DNA of 49,704 nucleotides from a virus (Duplodnaviria; Heunggongvirae; Uroviricota; Caudoviricetes), in the IMG/VR virus record IMGVR_UViG_2703718837_000001; one strand, 5' to 3'. Numbering within the stretch: position 1 is the first letter of the stretch; each line of letters opens with the position of its first letter. The notes beneath the pieces are model-generated. The model was given only the letters and a program-made list of their open reading frames with translations, made no database searches and was not told where the DNA came from. Positions 17,489 through 26,776 of the stretch are shown piece by piece. The position numbers and the translations under genes are program-made.

Positions 17489-20400
17489 TTATAGCAATAT
17501 TGCTATAACGTCATGAGCAACACCACGAGTGTCTCCCTTACAAGACACAGAACGTCTGGCAAAAAGAGGTTCCACTCTGAAGCCACTGTCCTGATAAAGT
17601 TCTCTGATGTTTGGCGCGCCACTGTTAGTAATGAGAACCTTTGCACCTCGGCGATGAGCATCCGTCAACAGAGACACCAGGCGTTTTTGCTCTTCAAACT
17701 TAAAGTCATGACCGGAATAGTTCGTGAACCCCTCTGTATTGGGGAGCGGTTCATACGGCGGATCGCAAAAGATGACATCTCCTTCTCCGGCAGCTTCAAT
17801 CACCGCTGCAAAATCACCGCATACAAACTCAGACCGCCCTTCCGCACCGAGGAAGGCTTCCATCTCCTGTAATGGAAAATGCGTAGACTTATACTTCCCA
17901 TACCCGACATTGAACTCACCGGCCTGGTTGTAGCGCGTCAATCCATTAAAACAATGTCGGTTCAGGAACAAAAACGCCGCTGCGCGATGTAAATCATCAT
18001 AGACTTGTTTGTTAAACGCATTCCGTACTGCCAGGAATCCCTCCTGGGTGTTGTAGTCCAGGAAGAAACGATGTGCCAGAGTGATAAGTGAATGCGCCTC
18101 GCGTTGCAGAGTCTTGTAAAAGTTAATCAGGTCAGCATTCACATCATTTAGCAGATTTTCCTGATATCCGGCATTCATGAAGACAGCTCCGCCACCAACG
18201 AAAGGTTCAATCAGGCGCTTCCCTTCTGGCAAATAGCGAAAGATTTGTTCCAGAACACCAAATTTTCCACCAGCCCATTTGAATATGGGCCGTTCGAATT
18301 CTGCCGCTGGTTTAACCTTTCGCTCTTTTGTTTCACTCCCTTCTTTTTGCCGACATGCAGCCTTAGTAATCCGATCGCCAATCCAGCGCATTACTGGTAT
18401 TGCCATACTATTTCCGATCGCTTTGTAACGCGGTCCGTCAGCTGCAAGCATCGCGGCCTCTTCTTCGTTTAAATCAGGATAGTTATTGCGAAGGTATGCT
18501 AGTTCATCTGAAGAAACTTTTTTACGCTTTCCCGTAGGGATCAACGTATGCCAATCAGGAAAACCTTGCAGCCTTTCACATTCGACAGGGGTAAGACGGC
18601 GCATTCTATCGTCGCCGAGCAATACAATTGGTGCTTCATGGTTACATGTCAAAGTTGGTGCCGAATTATCGGTTTTTATCTCAGCCCCTCCTTGCCCATG
18701 TGCCATGGCAATTATGTTTGTATCATCGCAAGATCTGATAGCGATGTTTGAAGTATATCTGGTAGTTTCCTTCCCCTCGCCTCTGCTCGGCGCAATATCC
18801 CGGCGCTCGCCTTCGAACTCAAAAAGTACCGTTGCGGGATCGAGGTCTGTTCGAGCACTTGCGACAACAAACACGCGTCGGCGTCGTTGTGCCACTCCGA
18901 AGTATTGGGCATCAAGGATTCTCCAGGCCACCTTTCGCTGCGGTCCATAAATACAACCACACTGCGGCCACTTTGGAGCATGGCAACCGGTTTTGCCATC
19001 CCACCGCCAGAACGCGTTACTTTTTCCTGATTCAGGTCGATCACCTGGTTCAAATGGCGCATCTTCTCCAGCCAATCCGGCAAGGAAACATCCGAAGGCG
19101 TTATCTGCCGATGACAAGACCCCTGGGACATTTTCCCAGACGATAACGGCTGGTTTGAGAAATGACTCAGCCCGTTTGTCGTCAATTGCATTTGCAAGCT
19201 CCACATACTTTAAAGTTAGCGCGCCACGCTCATCATCAAGCCCACCACGTAATCCAGCGATACTGAATGCCTGACAGTTATGGACCACCGCACCATTGAG
19301 GATATAGGAATGATCACCTTCGACTTCTATGTTGTATACAGTATCTAGGCCTACCGATTTAAACTCTTTGACTGTTCGTAAAAGCATTCCATGAGCCAAT
19401 CTTGATTTACGTGACAATTTCTGCGGGCAGATTGTTACCTGATAATAATTCCGTTGATTTACCACGCGATCCTCAATCACTTTTTTGGGCTCAACTTCAA
19501 TAAAGCTGACCGAAGAAACATAACCACAAGTCTGTGACAACTCCGCAACGCCCCAAGCAAGCGCAGGACTAACACTATTAATTCTAAATCCCGCTTTACC
19601 ACTTGGTGTCCCATCAGTATCAAGATAGCCTTGTAAAAACACATGACGCAATGGATGCGACATCACCCATGCAGGGATACGCTTAGCATGGCTTAACTCG
19701 CCAAAATGTTCATTAAGCCAATTGGCATAACACGTATCATTCAAGGTTACTTTGATGCTCCCTCGGATTTCGCTTGCCACGGAAAATATGTTTTCTGGTA
19801 TGCGGCAATGAAACTTTCTCAATTTCTGGCAATTTATGCCAAAAACAACCGCCTTCTTAGATTTACCTCTCCATCTCCTAATATATCCATCGCCAACATA
19901 AGCGCCCGCAAGATACATAGCCTGTTCTTCAGACAAGAACCGAGAACAAATATCTGGAGATGCAATATTGAAATTAGTTAGAGCACACCATTGATATCCC
20001 GGCATATCACATGCTGCTCGCCATTCCGGTTCAGACAACAACTCTCTCTTAAAATATGTGCCATTTTTCCGGGTGTTTTGGGCTTTCCACCGAACCGCCA
20101 GGAAGGGATGGTCATTGGTTGTTCTTATACCTAAAGGCTGCCCAACGGCATTAAGTAACCCCGTATTAGCTATTTTTGAACCAACTCTTTTTACTTGTTG
20201 TAACCGCCCGAGATGACTGACTACGTAATCGCCAGGGCAAACATCTTCTATTGGTTTATAACCATTTTTACAAAGAACCATATGCCCCGCGGTAAAACAT
20301 GGTGTCCCTCCCACCAGCACATCAGGGGCTTCAATTTCTCCGGCCTGGACTTTTTGGGCGAGTTTTGTCATGTCGCCAAGGTTCGCGACATGGGGCCAGC

Positions 20401-20530
20401 GGTGCGCAAGAACGGCAGAGGGAAAAGGCTCGATTTCAGCAAACCACGCCGGACGCATACCCAACGGTTCCCATGCAATGCTCGCGGCTTCAATTCCACT
20501 GCAAACAGATCCATAGCACAGCTCTCTCAC
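17489..20530 (-). CDS. dmt: Bifunctional DNA methyltransferase Dmt (N-terminal C5-cytosine MTase plus C-terminal Dam-like N6-adenine MTase) interrupted by an intein
   Basis: C5 motifs: I ([11 protein letters not shown]), IV (GGTP/CQAFS, split), VI (ENVPG), VIII (QRRRRVF), X (GNSMAIPV). Dam part: [21 protein letters not shown]. 1013 aa including the 341-aa insertion. Confidence 0.92.
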   Translation of the reverse strand: MRELCYGSVCSGIEAASIAWEPLGMRPAWFAEIEPFPSAVLAHRWPHVANLGDMTKLAQKVQAGEIEAPDVLVGGTPCFTAGHMVLCKNGYKPIEDVCPGDYVVSHLGRLQQVKRVGSKIANTGLLNAVGQPLGIRTTNDHPFLAVRWKAQNTRKNGTYFKRELLSEPEWRAACDMPGYQWCALTNFNIASPDICSRFLSEEQAMYLAGAYVGDGYIRRWRGKSKKAVVFGINCQKLRKFHCRIPENIFSVASEIRGSIKVTLNDTCYANWLNEHFGELSHAKRIPAWVMSHPLRHVFLQGYLDTDGTPSGKAGFRINSVSPALAWGVAELSQTCGYVSSVSFIEVEPKKVIEDRVVNQRNYYQVTICPQKLSRKSRLAHGMLLRTVKEFKSVGLDTVYNIEVEGDHSYILNGAVVHNCQAFSIAGLRGGLDDERGALTLKYVELANAIDDKRAESFLKPAVIVWENVPGVLSSADNAFGCFLAGLAGEDAPFEPGDRPESGKSNAFWRWDGKTGCHAPKWPQCGCIYGPQRKVAWRILDAQYFGVAQRRRRVFVVASARTDLDPATVLFEFEGERRDIAPSRGEGKETTRYTSNIAIRSCDDTNIIAMAHGQGGAEIKTDNSAPTLTCNHEAPIVLLGDDRMRRLTPVECERLQGFPDWHTLIPTGKRKKVSSDELAYLRNNYPDLNEEEAAMLAADGPRYKAIGNSMAIPVMRWIGDRITKAACRQKEGSETKERKVKPAAEFERPIFKWAGGKFGVLEQIFRYLPEGKRLIEPFVGGGAVFMNAGYQENLLNDVNADLINFYKTLQREAHSLITLAHRFFLDYNTQEGFLAVRNAFNKQVYDDLHRAAAFLFLNRHCFNGLTRYNQAGEFNVGYGKYKSTHFPLQEMEAFLGAEGRSEFVCGDFAAVIEAAGEGDVIFCDPPYEPLPNTEGFTNYSGHDFKFEEQKRLVSLLTDAHRRGAKVLITNSGAPNIRELYQDSGFRVEPLFARRSVSCKGDTRGVAHDVIAILL
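19277..20299 (-). other. Intein (Hint domain plus LAGLIDADG homing endonuclease), Dmt residues 78-418
   Basis: Starts with CFTAGHMV (block A); TNDHPF (block B); [11 protein letters not shown] and [10 protein letters not shown] (two LAGLIDADG motifs); [21 protein letters not shown] followed by Cys (blocks F/G plus the +1 nucleophile). Excision recreates GGTPCQAFS. Confidence 0.9.
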
Positions 20531-21453
20531 TGCTTAGCCTCTCCGCCCAGGGCATTTACCAGAGCATCAACCAGGCACGAAATTTCACTGGTTAACAGGA
20601 AGAAATCTGCGTCCAGTCGCTGCGCAACATCTTCACTATCAATATCAGAGTTCTGCTCAAGCAATTCATCCGCAAATTTGACGCTGGTAAGGCTGAAGTT
20701 ATGGTCCAGTGTAAATTTAATGCGGTTCTGCCAGTCGAGTGCCAACTTTGTGACGAGCTTGCCAGCTTCCAGGTGTGTGGAAATTTCATCGCTTCCCAAA
20801 TCCTGCTTTTTCACTCGGGCGATACCGCCATCCTCAAGCACTGCCTTAAGTTCTGCCGCATCCCCCATTTGAAATCCCTGTGGAGCACTACCATCACGTA
20901 CCCAGTCGGTCAGCGTTAATTCAATGGGATTTTCAACACTCAGGGGAACAACAGGAAGAGAACCCAGAGATTTACGCATAAGCGCGAGCATATCCTCTGC
21001 CTGCCGCGCGCTGGCATTGATATAGATACGTTTAGTTGAACCGTCGTAGATCGCCTGGATAACAGAAAACTTTGAAAAAGCCCGTGGCAGAAGAGAATGC
21101 AGAACTTCGTCTTTCAGGGAGTCCTTCTCTATTTTCTTCAGTTTACGCGCTTGTTCTTGCTCAAGTTTTTCAATTTTTTCTTGAATAGCTCGCTGGATAA
21201 CCGGCGGGGGAAGAATTTTTGTTTCGCGCTTTGCTTCAACAAGGATAAAGCCATTTCCATGCATAGCGATCACTTCGGAATTATCACCAAATGGCGATAC
21301 AAAACCGAACTTGGCCATATCCTGGCTACCGCATGGCGTGAATAGGATCATTTTATTTTTATCTTCTAAGTCGGTCAGATCCGCCTCACGAGAAACTTTA
21401 TAAATAGAAATGTTTTTCCAGTGCTTAAACATGTTGTAACCCTTGAATATCAA
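20527..21453 (-). CDS. hrdC: RdgC-family recombination-associated protein (P1 HrdC)
   Basis: Collinear with E. coli RdgC as remembered ([67 protein letters not shown]). The likely true start is Met8 (MFKHWKN). ATGA overlap with the dmt start. Confidence 0.9.
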   Translation of the reverse strand: MIFKGYNMFKHWKNISIYKVSREADLTDLEDKNKMILFTPCGSQDMAKFGFVSPFGDNSEVIAMHGNGFILVEAKRETKILPPPVIQRAIQEKIEKLEQEQARKLKKIEKDSLKDEVLHSLLPRAFSKFSVIQAIYDGSTKRIYINASARQAEDMLALMRKSLGSLPVVPLSVENPIELTLTDWVRDGSAPQGFQMGDAAELKAVLEDGGIARVKKQDLGSDEISTHLEAGKLVTKLALDWQNRIKFTLDHNFSLTSVKFADELLEQNSDIDSEDVAQRLDADFFLLTSEISCLVDALVNALGGEAKQ

Positions 21454-21781
21454 CCACAGAAAGCTCGTCTTTGTAGAAGAAGGTCAGGTTATGGCACCCC
21501 CTCGTTTGAGCGTATGAGCTGGGACCAATTTCGTTCTTCCAGACAAATGGCTTCAGATCCGTACGGCGAAGCATAAAAACGCAATTTGTTCCGCTCTGAT
21601 TCCCAATGAGGCAAAAGCCTTCTTTCACCTTGATAGCCTGCAAGTTGTCGAGTTCACCGCTGGTTACACGGCTATCGAACTCCTTGCGGCTTATTAGCTC
21701 CATCTGCATCTGACGACTCCAAACAAATGCCCATTGAAGGGCGATGGCTGAATGGTACCGAAAACACGATATAAAAAACAA
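21425..21781 (-). CDS. Small protein upstream of hrdC (position of P1 uhr)
   Basis: 118-aa ORF. The internal start at 21709 (MQMELISRK) has GGAG 8 nt upstream and leaves room for the operator/promoter at 21781-21797, so the real product is probably about 95 aa. Confidence 0.55.
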   Translation of the reverse strand: MFFISCFRYHSAIALQWAFVWSRQMQMELISRKEFDSRVTSGELDNLQAIKVKEGFCLIGNQSGTNCVFMLRRTDLKPFVWKNEIGPSSYAQTRGCHNLTFFYKDELSVVDIQGLQHV

Positions 21782-21797
21782 TATTTATTAGAGCAAT
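21781..21797 (-). promoter_or_regulatory. C1 operator
   Basis: Reverse complement of atatttattagagcaat = ATTGCTCTAATAAATAT, 16/17 to consensus. Lies between the divergent uhr-hrdC-dmt operon and the PAAR-like operon. Confidence 0.75.
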
Positions 21798-21878
21798 TTT
21801 GTGATAAGTAAACGCCATACAGACCACAAATAACCTAAGTTAAAATAACGAAAATCAGAGCAAATCATTGGTGATGAC

Positions 21879-22163
21879 GTGGCAAGTATTGCAACAAAAG
21901 ACAGCATTTGTTCGGGGCACGGAGGATTCCCATCCAGGCCTCCTGTAGAGAGTGAACCACTACTTAAAGTCAACGGAGTCGAAGTGTTAGTTGATGGTAA
22001 GCAATATGCACAGCATACCGATGGAAACAGTACGCACGGTGGGCAAGCTATATCAACCAGGGCATGGTTTACCGTCAATGGTAAAGGGGTCGTATGCGTT
22101 GGTGACCCTGTTTCATGCGGCTCTACCGTAGCGTCAGGAGACGGCCTAGTTCAGGTAAGTTAG
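21879..22163 (+). CDS. PAAR-like small beta-protein (spike-tip type)
   Basis: 94 aa, GTG start. CSGHGG...VNG...GD...CGS...G...V spacing is typical of PAAR repeat proteins. Confidence 0.55.
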   Translation: MASIATKDSICSGHGGFPSRPPVESEPLLKVNGVEVLVDGKQYAQHTDGNSTHGGQAISTRAWFTVNGKGVVCVGDPVSCGSTVASGDGLVQVS

Positions 22164-22171
22164 GAGATATC

Positions 22172-22960
22172 ATGCTGGAAAAAGACTACCAGTTATCCGC
22201 ATATAAAAAATTGGCCGCAGCCGGTGGGATGAAAACACCTGGTGCCATAACATCGGCACGAAACAGTGCTAACACGGCAAAACAGCTTGCAGAAGAATTG
22301 ATCGGATTAATTCTGGATACAATTGTCTATCCCGACACTATTACCAGCTATGTTTCAACGATCAGAACAACCACAACCGGCTTAACGAACATTGGAGAAC
22401 TGGCAACTAAGCACGCGGACCTGTTGGCTGGTTATGCAGATCTGTCAATGCTGCTTCAACTCGATATTGGTTGGGATGTTTACTGCCGTGCTAATGAGCG
22501 AGAAGTTTCAGAACTGCCGATCTCTATTGCCATTGGTGATGTGAATATTACTAAATCGCTTGAGGACGCTGTTAACGCGCTTAATACATCAAGTTTAGTC
22601 GCTGCTATGGGTGAGATTAACCAGACCCTTAACACTGGCTCAGGAAGCTCGTCAGGCTCTGGTTCAGGCGGCGGCACTGCCATTCCCCCACCAGCACTAA
22701 CAGAAGAGCAAATTGAATCTCTGAAAGTAGCAACTGAACAGTTTGGGGTTGTTTTCAACCAGACAACAGCGCCCACAACTGCGTTACAACAGCAGTATGA
22801 ACGAGCGAATGAAAGCGCCAACGTAGCCATAACTGCTTATAACCATGCTATCGGTACCGCGCTTGCGGAAGCATCAGCAAATAAGGCCAGCACAGCCAGC
22901 GCAGTTGCCGCTTTGGTTCCTTATTCTGTTCTTGATGAATTAAACAAAGCGGCACAGTAA
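22172..22960 (+). CDS. Unknown protein with an internal Gly/Ser linker
   Basis: The ORF track starts at 22115, but ATG 22172 has the RBS taggagatatc. 262 aa, Ala/Thr-rich, with GSGSSSGSGSGGG in the middle. Confidence 0.6.
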   Translation: MLEKDYQLSAYKKLAAAGGMKTPGAITSARNSANTAKQLAEELIGLILDTIVYPDTITSYVSTIRTTTTGLTNIGELATKHADLLAGYADLSMLLQLDIGWDVYCRANEREVSELPISIAIGDVNITKSLEDAVNALNTSSLVAAMGEINQTLNTGSGSSSGSGSGGGTAIPPPALTEEQIESLKVATEQFGVVFNQTTAPTTALQQQYERANESANVAITAYNHAIGTALAEASANKASTASAVAALVPYSVLDELNKAAQ

Positions 22961-22999
22961 CAAAGGACTTCATTGATAATTTTTCTTCAGGAGGAAGAC

Positions 23000-23422
23000 A
23001 TGTCATTCTTTTCTACGTTAAAAACAGCTTTGTCTTTGAAGGAGAAACTTGCTGCTACTGGTGTTCTTGTTCTGATTTGCGCACTTGTTGGTGCTGGGTT
23101 TGCATGGGAACGTCATCAGCTAAAGCAAGCCATGGAGAAAATTGGCAGTCTTGATCAGGCTGTTAAGGAACGTGATAAGTCAATAATGGATCTTAACCAG
23201 GCCATTGAGACGATGAACAAAGCAGAGCAACATTTTCACAGCCAGGAAGTGAAAAATGAATCAGAACAAGCCAAGTATGCTGACAGGCAAATGGAACGAA
23301 AAGCTGAAGTTCAGAAACAACTGGTTGCGGCGGGTAATGTTCGCCAGCGTATTCCTGCTGACACTCAGCGGTTGCTCCGGGAGTCGATCAGCGAATTTAA
23401 CGCCGACGCCGACAAAGGTTAA
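23000..23422 (+). CDS. i-spanin (Rz-like)
   Basis: ATG 23000 follows caggaggaagac. N-terminal TM (AATGVLVLICALVGAGFAW), coiled coil, and VAAGNVRQRIP resembling lambda Rz VAAGRRRLHI. Confidence 0.7.
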   Translation: MSFFSTLKTALSLKEKLAATGVLVLICALVGAGFAWERHQLKQAMEKIGSLDQAVKERDKSIMDLNQAIETMNKAEQHFHSQEVKNESEQAKYADRQMERKAEVQKQLVAAGNVRQRIPADTQRLLRESISEFNADADKG

Positions 23423-23588
23423 CCACCCTGCCCCCAAAAGTGCATTTATGTGCAGGATGCCAGAATTTAGCAGTGAATATTTTGATGATCTGCCAGCCTA
23501 TATCCTTGATACAGAAACGATGCTGATGGGGATTAACAGGAAGAATCGCAACGTTAATGATTACAACCGCGCTATCAGCGGTAACTAA
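23337..23588 (+). CDS. o-spanin lipoprotein (Rz1-like), overlapping the i-spanin gene in another frame
   Basis: MFASVFLLTLSGC lipobox, Pro-rich mature N-terminus. Starts inside the Rz-like gene and ends 166 nt beyond it (overlapped architecture). Probably P1 mlp. Confidence 0.65.
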   Translation: MFASVFLLTLSGCSGSRSANLTPTPTKVNHPAPKSAFMCRMPEFSSEYFDDLPAYILDTETMLMGINRKNRNVNDYNRAISGN

Positions 23589-23599
23589 AAGGGATTTTT

Positions 23600-23992
23600 A
23601 TGTCTGATAAAGTAACAGTAAAGCAAACTATCAACAAAGCGACTTCAATCTACAAAATTGAGCAAATCACTGTTGGCAAGCTAGGATCTGAACAATACCG
23701 TCATGCTTTCGAGCTTGCCGATCAGCTTGGTTTAAAACACCCGGATTGCATCGAGCATGTATTTCCTACCTATGCTGATGAGCAATGTACTCATGTTCTT
23801 ACCGAAGAGGATTTTTTCAGCACTGAAGAACGAGAAGGCGTTGATCGCTGCATTGGTGTGATTTGTTCTTCGGTAAGTGATGAGTTATTCCCTAATGTGC
23901 CTGAATATGGTGGTATTGGATACCAATTCCTGTACGAGGGCGATGAGCTTAAATGTTATGAACATGGTCTTCTTATCGAAAGCGTAGAATAA
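23600..23992 (+). CDS. Unknown protein upstream of the origin (position of P1 upfA)
   Basis: 130-aa ORF with RBS aaaagggatttttATG, followed by a hairpin plus T-run at 24007-24031. Confidence 0.6.
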   Translation: MSDKVTVKQTINKATSIYKIEQITVGKLGSEQYRHAFELADQLGLKHPDCIEHVFPTYADEQCTHVLTEEDFFSTEEREGVDRCIGVICSSVSDELFPNVPEYGGIGYQFLYEGDELKCYEHGLLIESVE

Positions 23993-24033
23993 TACGGTTT
24001 CTTTCCAACCGGCTATGTTGGCCGGTTTTTCAC

Positions 24034-24291
24034 TTATCCACATTATCCACTGGGTAGATCCAATAATTAGGTCCATACAGATCCCAATTAGATCCATATA
24101 GATCCCTGATCGTTGCAGGCCGCGCCACGTCTGGCTTAGAAGTGTATCGCGATGTGTGCTGGAGGGAAAACGATGTGTGCTGGAGGGATAAAAATGTGTG
24201 CTGACGGGTTGCTAATGTGTGCTGGCGGGATATAGGATGTGTGCTGACGGGAAAGCCTGGGTAGTTATCATCACTTATAAAAGCTATCCAC
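24034..24291 (+). promoter_or_regulatory. Plasmid replication origin oriR (DnaA boxes, GATC cluster, incC iterons)
   Basis: Tandem DnaA boxes TTATCCACA/TTATCCACT (24034-24051); five GATC sites within (t/c)AGATCC repeats (24055-24112); five 19-bp iterons; a further CTATCCACA box (24283-24291). Confidence 0.9.
24152..24255 (+). repeat. incC: five direct 19-bp RepA iterons
   Basis: ATGTGTGCTGGAGGGAAAA-type repeats starting at 24152, 24173, 24194, 24215 and 24237 (21-22 bp phasing). Confidence 0.92.
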
Positions 24292-24310
24292 ATAATTCGG
24301 AAAAAGTAAT

Positions 24311-25171
24311 ATGAATCAATCTTTTATCTCCGATATTCTTTACGCAGACATTGAAAGTAAGGCAAAAGAACTAACAGTTAATTCAAACAACACTGTGCAG
24401 CCTGTAGCGTTGATGCGCTTGGGGGTATTCGTGCCGAAGCCATCAAAAAGCAAAGGAGAAAGTAAAGAGATTGATGCCACCAAAGCGTTTTCTCAGTTGG
24501 AGATAGCTAAAGCCGAAGGTTACGATGACATTAAAATCACCGGTCCTCGACTCGATATGGATACTGATTTCAAAACGTGGATCGGTGTCATCTACGCGTT
24601 CAGCAAATACGGCTTGTCTTCAAACACCATCCAGTTATCGTTTCAGGAGTTCGCTAAAGCCTGTGGTTTCCCCTCAAAACGTCTGGATGCGAAACTGCGT
24701 TTAACCATTCATGAATCACTTGGACGCTTGCGTAACAAGGGTATCGCTTTTAAGCGCGGAAAAGATGCTAAAGGCGGCTATCAGACTGGTCTGCTTAAGG
24801 TCGGGCGTTTTGATGCTGACCTTGATCTGATAGAGCTGGAGGCTGATTCGAAGCTGTGGGAGCTGTTCCAGCTTGATTATCGCGTTCTGTTGCAACACCA
24901 CGCCTTGCGTGCCCTTCCGAAGAAAGAAGCTGCACAAGCCATTTACACTTTCATCGAAAGCCTTCCGCAGAACCCGTTGCCGCTATCGTTCGCGCGAATC
25001 CGTGAGCGCCTGGCTTTGCAGTCAGCTGTTGGCGAGCAAAACCGTATCATTAAGAAAGCGATAGAACAGCTTAAAACAATCGGCTATCTCGACTGTTCAA
25101 TTGAGAAGAAAGGCCGGGAAAGTTTTGTAATCGTCCATTCTCGCAATCCAAAGCTGAAACTTCCCGAATAA
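24311..25171 (+). CDS. repA: Plasmid replication initiator RepA (P1 type)
   Basis: 286 aa, MNQSFISDILYADIESKAKELTVNSNN..., recognised as P1 RepA. Flanked by its iteron arrays. Confidence 0.95.
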   Translation: MNQSFISDILYADIESKAKELTVNSNNTVQPVALMRLGVFVPKPSKSKGESKEIDATKAFSQLEIAKAEGYDDIKITGPRLDMDTDFKTWIGVIYAFSKYGLSSNTIQLSFQEFAKACGFPSKRLDAKLRLTIHESLGRLRNKGIAFKRGKDAKGGYQTGLLKVGRFDADLDLIELEADSKLWELFQLDYRVLLQHHALRALPKKEAAQAIYTFIESLPQNPLPLSFARIRERLALQSAVGEQNRIIKKAIEQLKTIGYLDCSIEKKGRESFVIVHSRNPKLKLPE

Positions 25172-25454
25172 GTGTGTGCTGGAGGGCAGCTGCATTCAAA
25201 AAATGTGTGCTGCCGGGAAGGCTTGTCCAATTTCCCGTTTTTGATGTGCGCTGGAGGGGGACGCCCCGCAGTTTGCTCAGACTTTCCCTCCAGCACACAT
25301 CTGTCCATCCGTTTTTCCCTCCAGTGCACATGTAATTCTCTGTCTTTCCCTCCAGCACACATATTTGATACCAGCGATCCCTCCACAGCACATAATTCAA
25401 TGCGACTTCCCTCTATCGCACATTCTGGTCCTGCATCATCCCTCCAGCACACAT
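25171..25454. repeat. incA copy-number control locus: nine 19-bp iterons (3 forward, 6 reverse)
   Basis: Forward copies at 25171, 25203, 25244. Reverse copies (..CCCTCCAGCACACAT) ending at 25300, 25331, 25362, 25393, 25423, 25454. Confidence 0.92.
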
Positions 25455-25564
25455 CTAATAGCCTCATCGCCATTTCTTTACGTGCAATAATTGACGCACG
25501 AATCAAAAAAAGTTGCACGTAGCAGAATCAAACGTACAATTCACTCATACGAAATGATAAGGAG

Positions 25565-26776
25565 ATGATGATGAAACGCGATTACGGCGGTGTTGGCACC
25601 ATAGCTCTTCGTGCAAGCGCATTACTTAAGGCCATGAGTCAGGATATTGAAGATCAGCGCAAAGAGTTCAATCAGACCGAGTATTATCAGACGTTCACTC
25701 GTAACGCTGTGGCAAAGTTGCCGAAGCTGAGCCGCCGCATTGTGGAGCAGGCCATCAAAGAGATGGAAGATGATGGGTACCAGTTCAACAAGAAACAGGT
25801 CGGTAACGTTGAACAGTACGCGCTGACCATCCAGAACGTCATTGATATCTATGCCCACCGTAAGATCCCCAAATATCGCGACATTCACAAATCGCCTTAC
25901 GTTATTTTTGTCGTAAACCTGAAGGGTGGCGTATCCAAAACGGTTTCCACAGTCACGTTGGCGCACGCTCTGCGTGTGCATCAGGATTTACTGCGTCACG
26001 ATCTGCGCATTCTGGTAATTGACCTTGACCCTCAGGCATCCAGCACAATGTTCCTCGACCATACTCACAGTATTGGTTCCATCCTGGAAACCGCCGCGCA
26101 GGCGATGCTGAACGACCTGGACGCGGAGACGCTACGCAAAGAGGTGATTCGTCCGACCATCGTTCCTGGCGTAGACGTGATTCCAGCCTCTATCGACGAT
26201 GGCTTTGTTGCCAGCCAATGGAAAGAGCTGGTTGAAGAGCATCTTCCCGGACAAAATCAGTACGAAATCCTTCGACGCAATATCATTGATCGTGTTGCGG
26301 ATGATTATGACTTTATCTTTATTGATACCGGTCCACACCTGGATCCGTTCCTGCTCAACGGTCTGGCGGCCAGCGATTTGCTGCTTACCCCTACCCCACC
26401 AGCCCAGGTTGACTTCCACTCAACACTGAAATATCTCACCCGTCTGCCAGAAATGCTGGAGCAACTGGAGGAGGAAGGCGTAGAACCGCGTTTGAGCGCC
26501 AGCATTGGTTTTATGTCGAAGATGACCGGCAAGCGCGATCACGAGACATCACACAGCCTTGCGCGTGAGGTTTACGCCAGCAACATTCTGGACTCTTCTC
26601 TGCCTCGTCTGGATGGCTTTGAGCGATGTGGCGAGTCTTTCGACACCGTAATCAGTGCCAACCCGCAATCGTATCCAGGCAGTGCAGAGGCGCTGAAGAA
26701 GGCACGAACCGAGGCCGAGCGTTTCACTAAGGCTGTGTTTGATCGAATTGAGTTTGTTAGGGGTGAGGCGGCATGA
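25565..26776 (+). CDS. parA: Type Ia partition ATPase ParA
   Basis: Walker A NLKGGVSKT, DLDPQ, FIDTGPH, collinear with P1 ParA but diverged (P7-like as I recall). Three consecutive ATGs; the third (25571) is best spaced from GGAG. Confidence 0.92.
   Translation: MMMKRDYGGVGTIALRASALLKAMSQDIEDQRKEFNQTEYYQTFTRNAVAKLPKLSRRIVEQAIKEMEDDGYQFNKKQVGNVEQYALTIQNVIDIYAHRKIPKYRDIHKSPYVIFVVNLKGGVSKTVSTVTLAHALRVHQDLLRHDLRILVIDLDPQASSTMFLDHTHSIGSILETAAQAMLNDLDAETLRKEVIRPTIVPGVDVIPASIDDGFVASQWKELVEEHLPGQNQYEILRRNIIDRVADDYDFIFIDTGPHLDPFLLNGLAASDLLLTPTPPAQVDFHSTLKYLTRLPEMLEQLEEEGVEPRLSASIGFMSKMTGKRDHETSHSLAREVYASNILDSSLPRLDGFERCGESFDTVISANPQSYPGSAEALKKARTEAERFTKAVFDRIEFVRGEAA

Noticed and set aside
17513-20872. 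Multiple 60-219-aa ORFs antisense to or out of frame with dmt/hrdC (e.g. 20213..20872, 18486..18950, 18712..19206)
   Set aside because: They are shadow ORFs inside a long, motif-validated gene. Their compositions are Arg/Ser/Pro-biased, as is typical of off-frame translation.
24030-25522. ORFs 24030..24293(-), 25071..25400(-), 25084..25518(-), 25172..25522(+), and the idea that the regularly spaced repeats are a CRISPR array
   Set aside because: The repeats are 19-bp RepA iterons with 2-25 bp variable gaps and mixed orientation, flanking repA exactly as in P1 incC/incA. The ORFs are artefacts of translating the iterons (repetitive CAGGK/PSSTH-type peptides).
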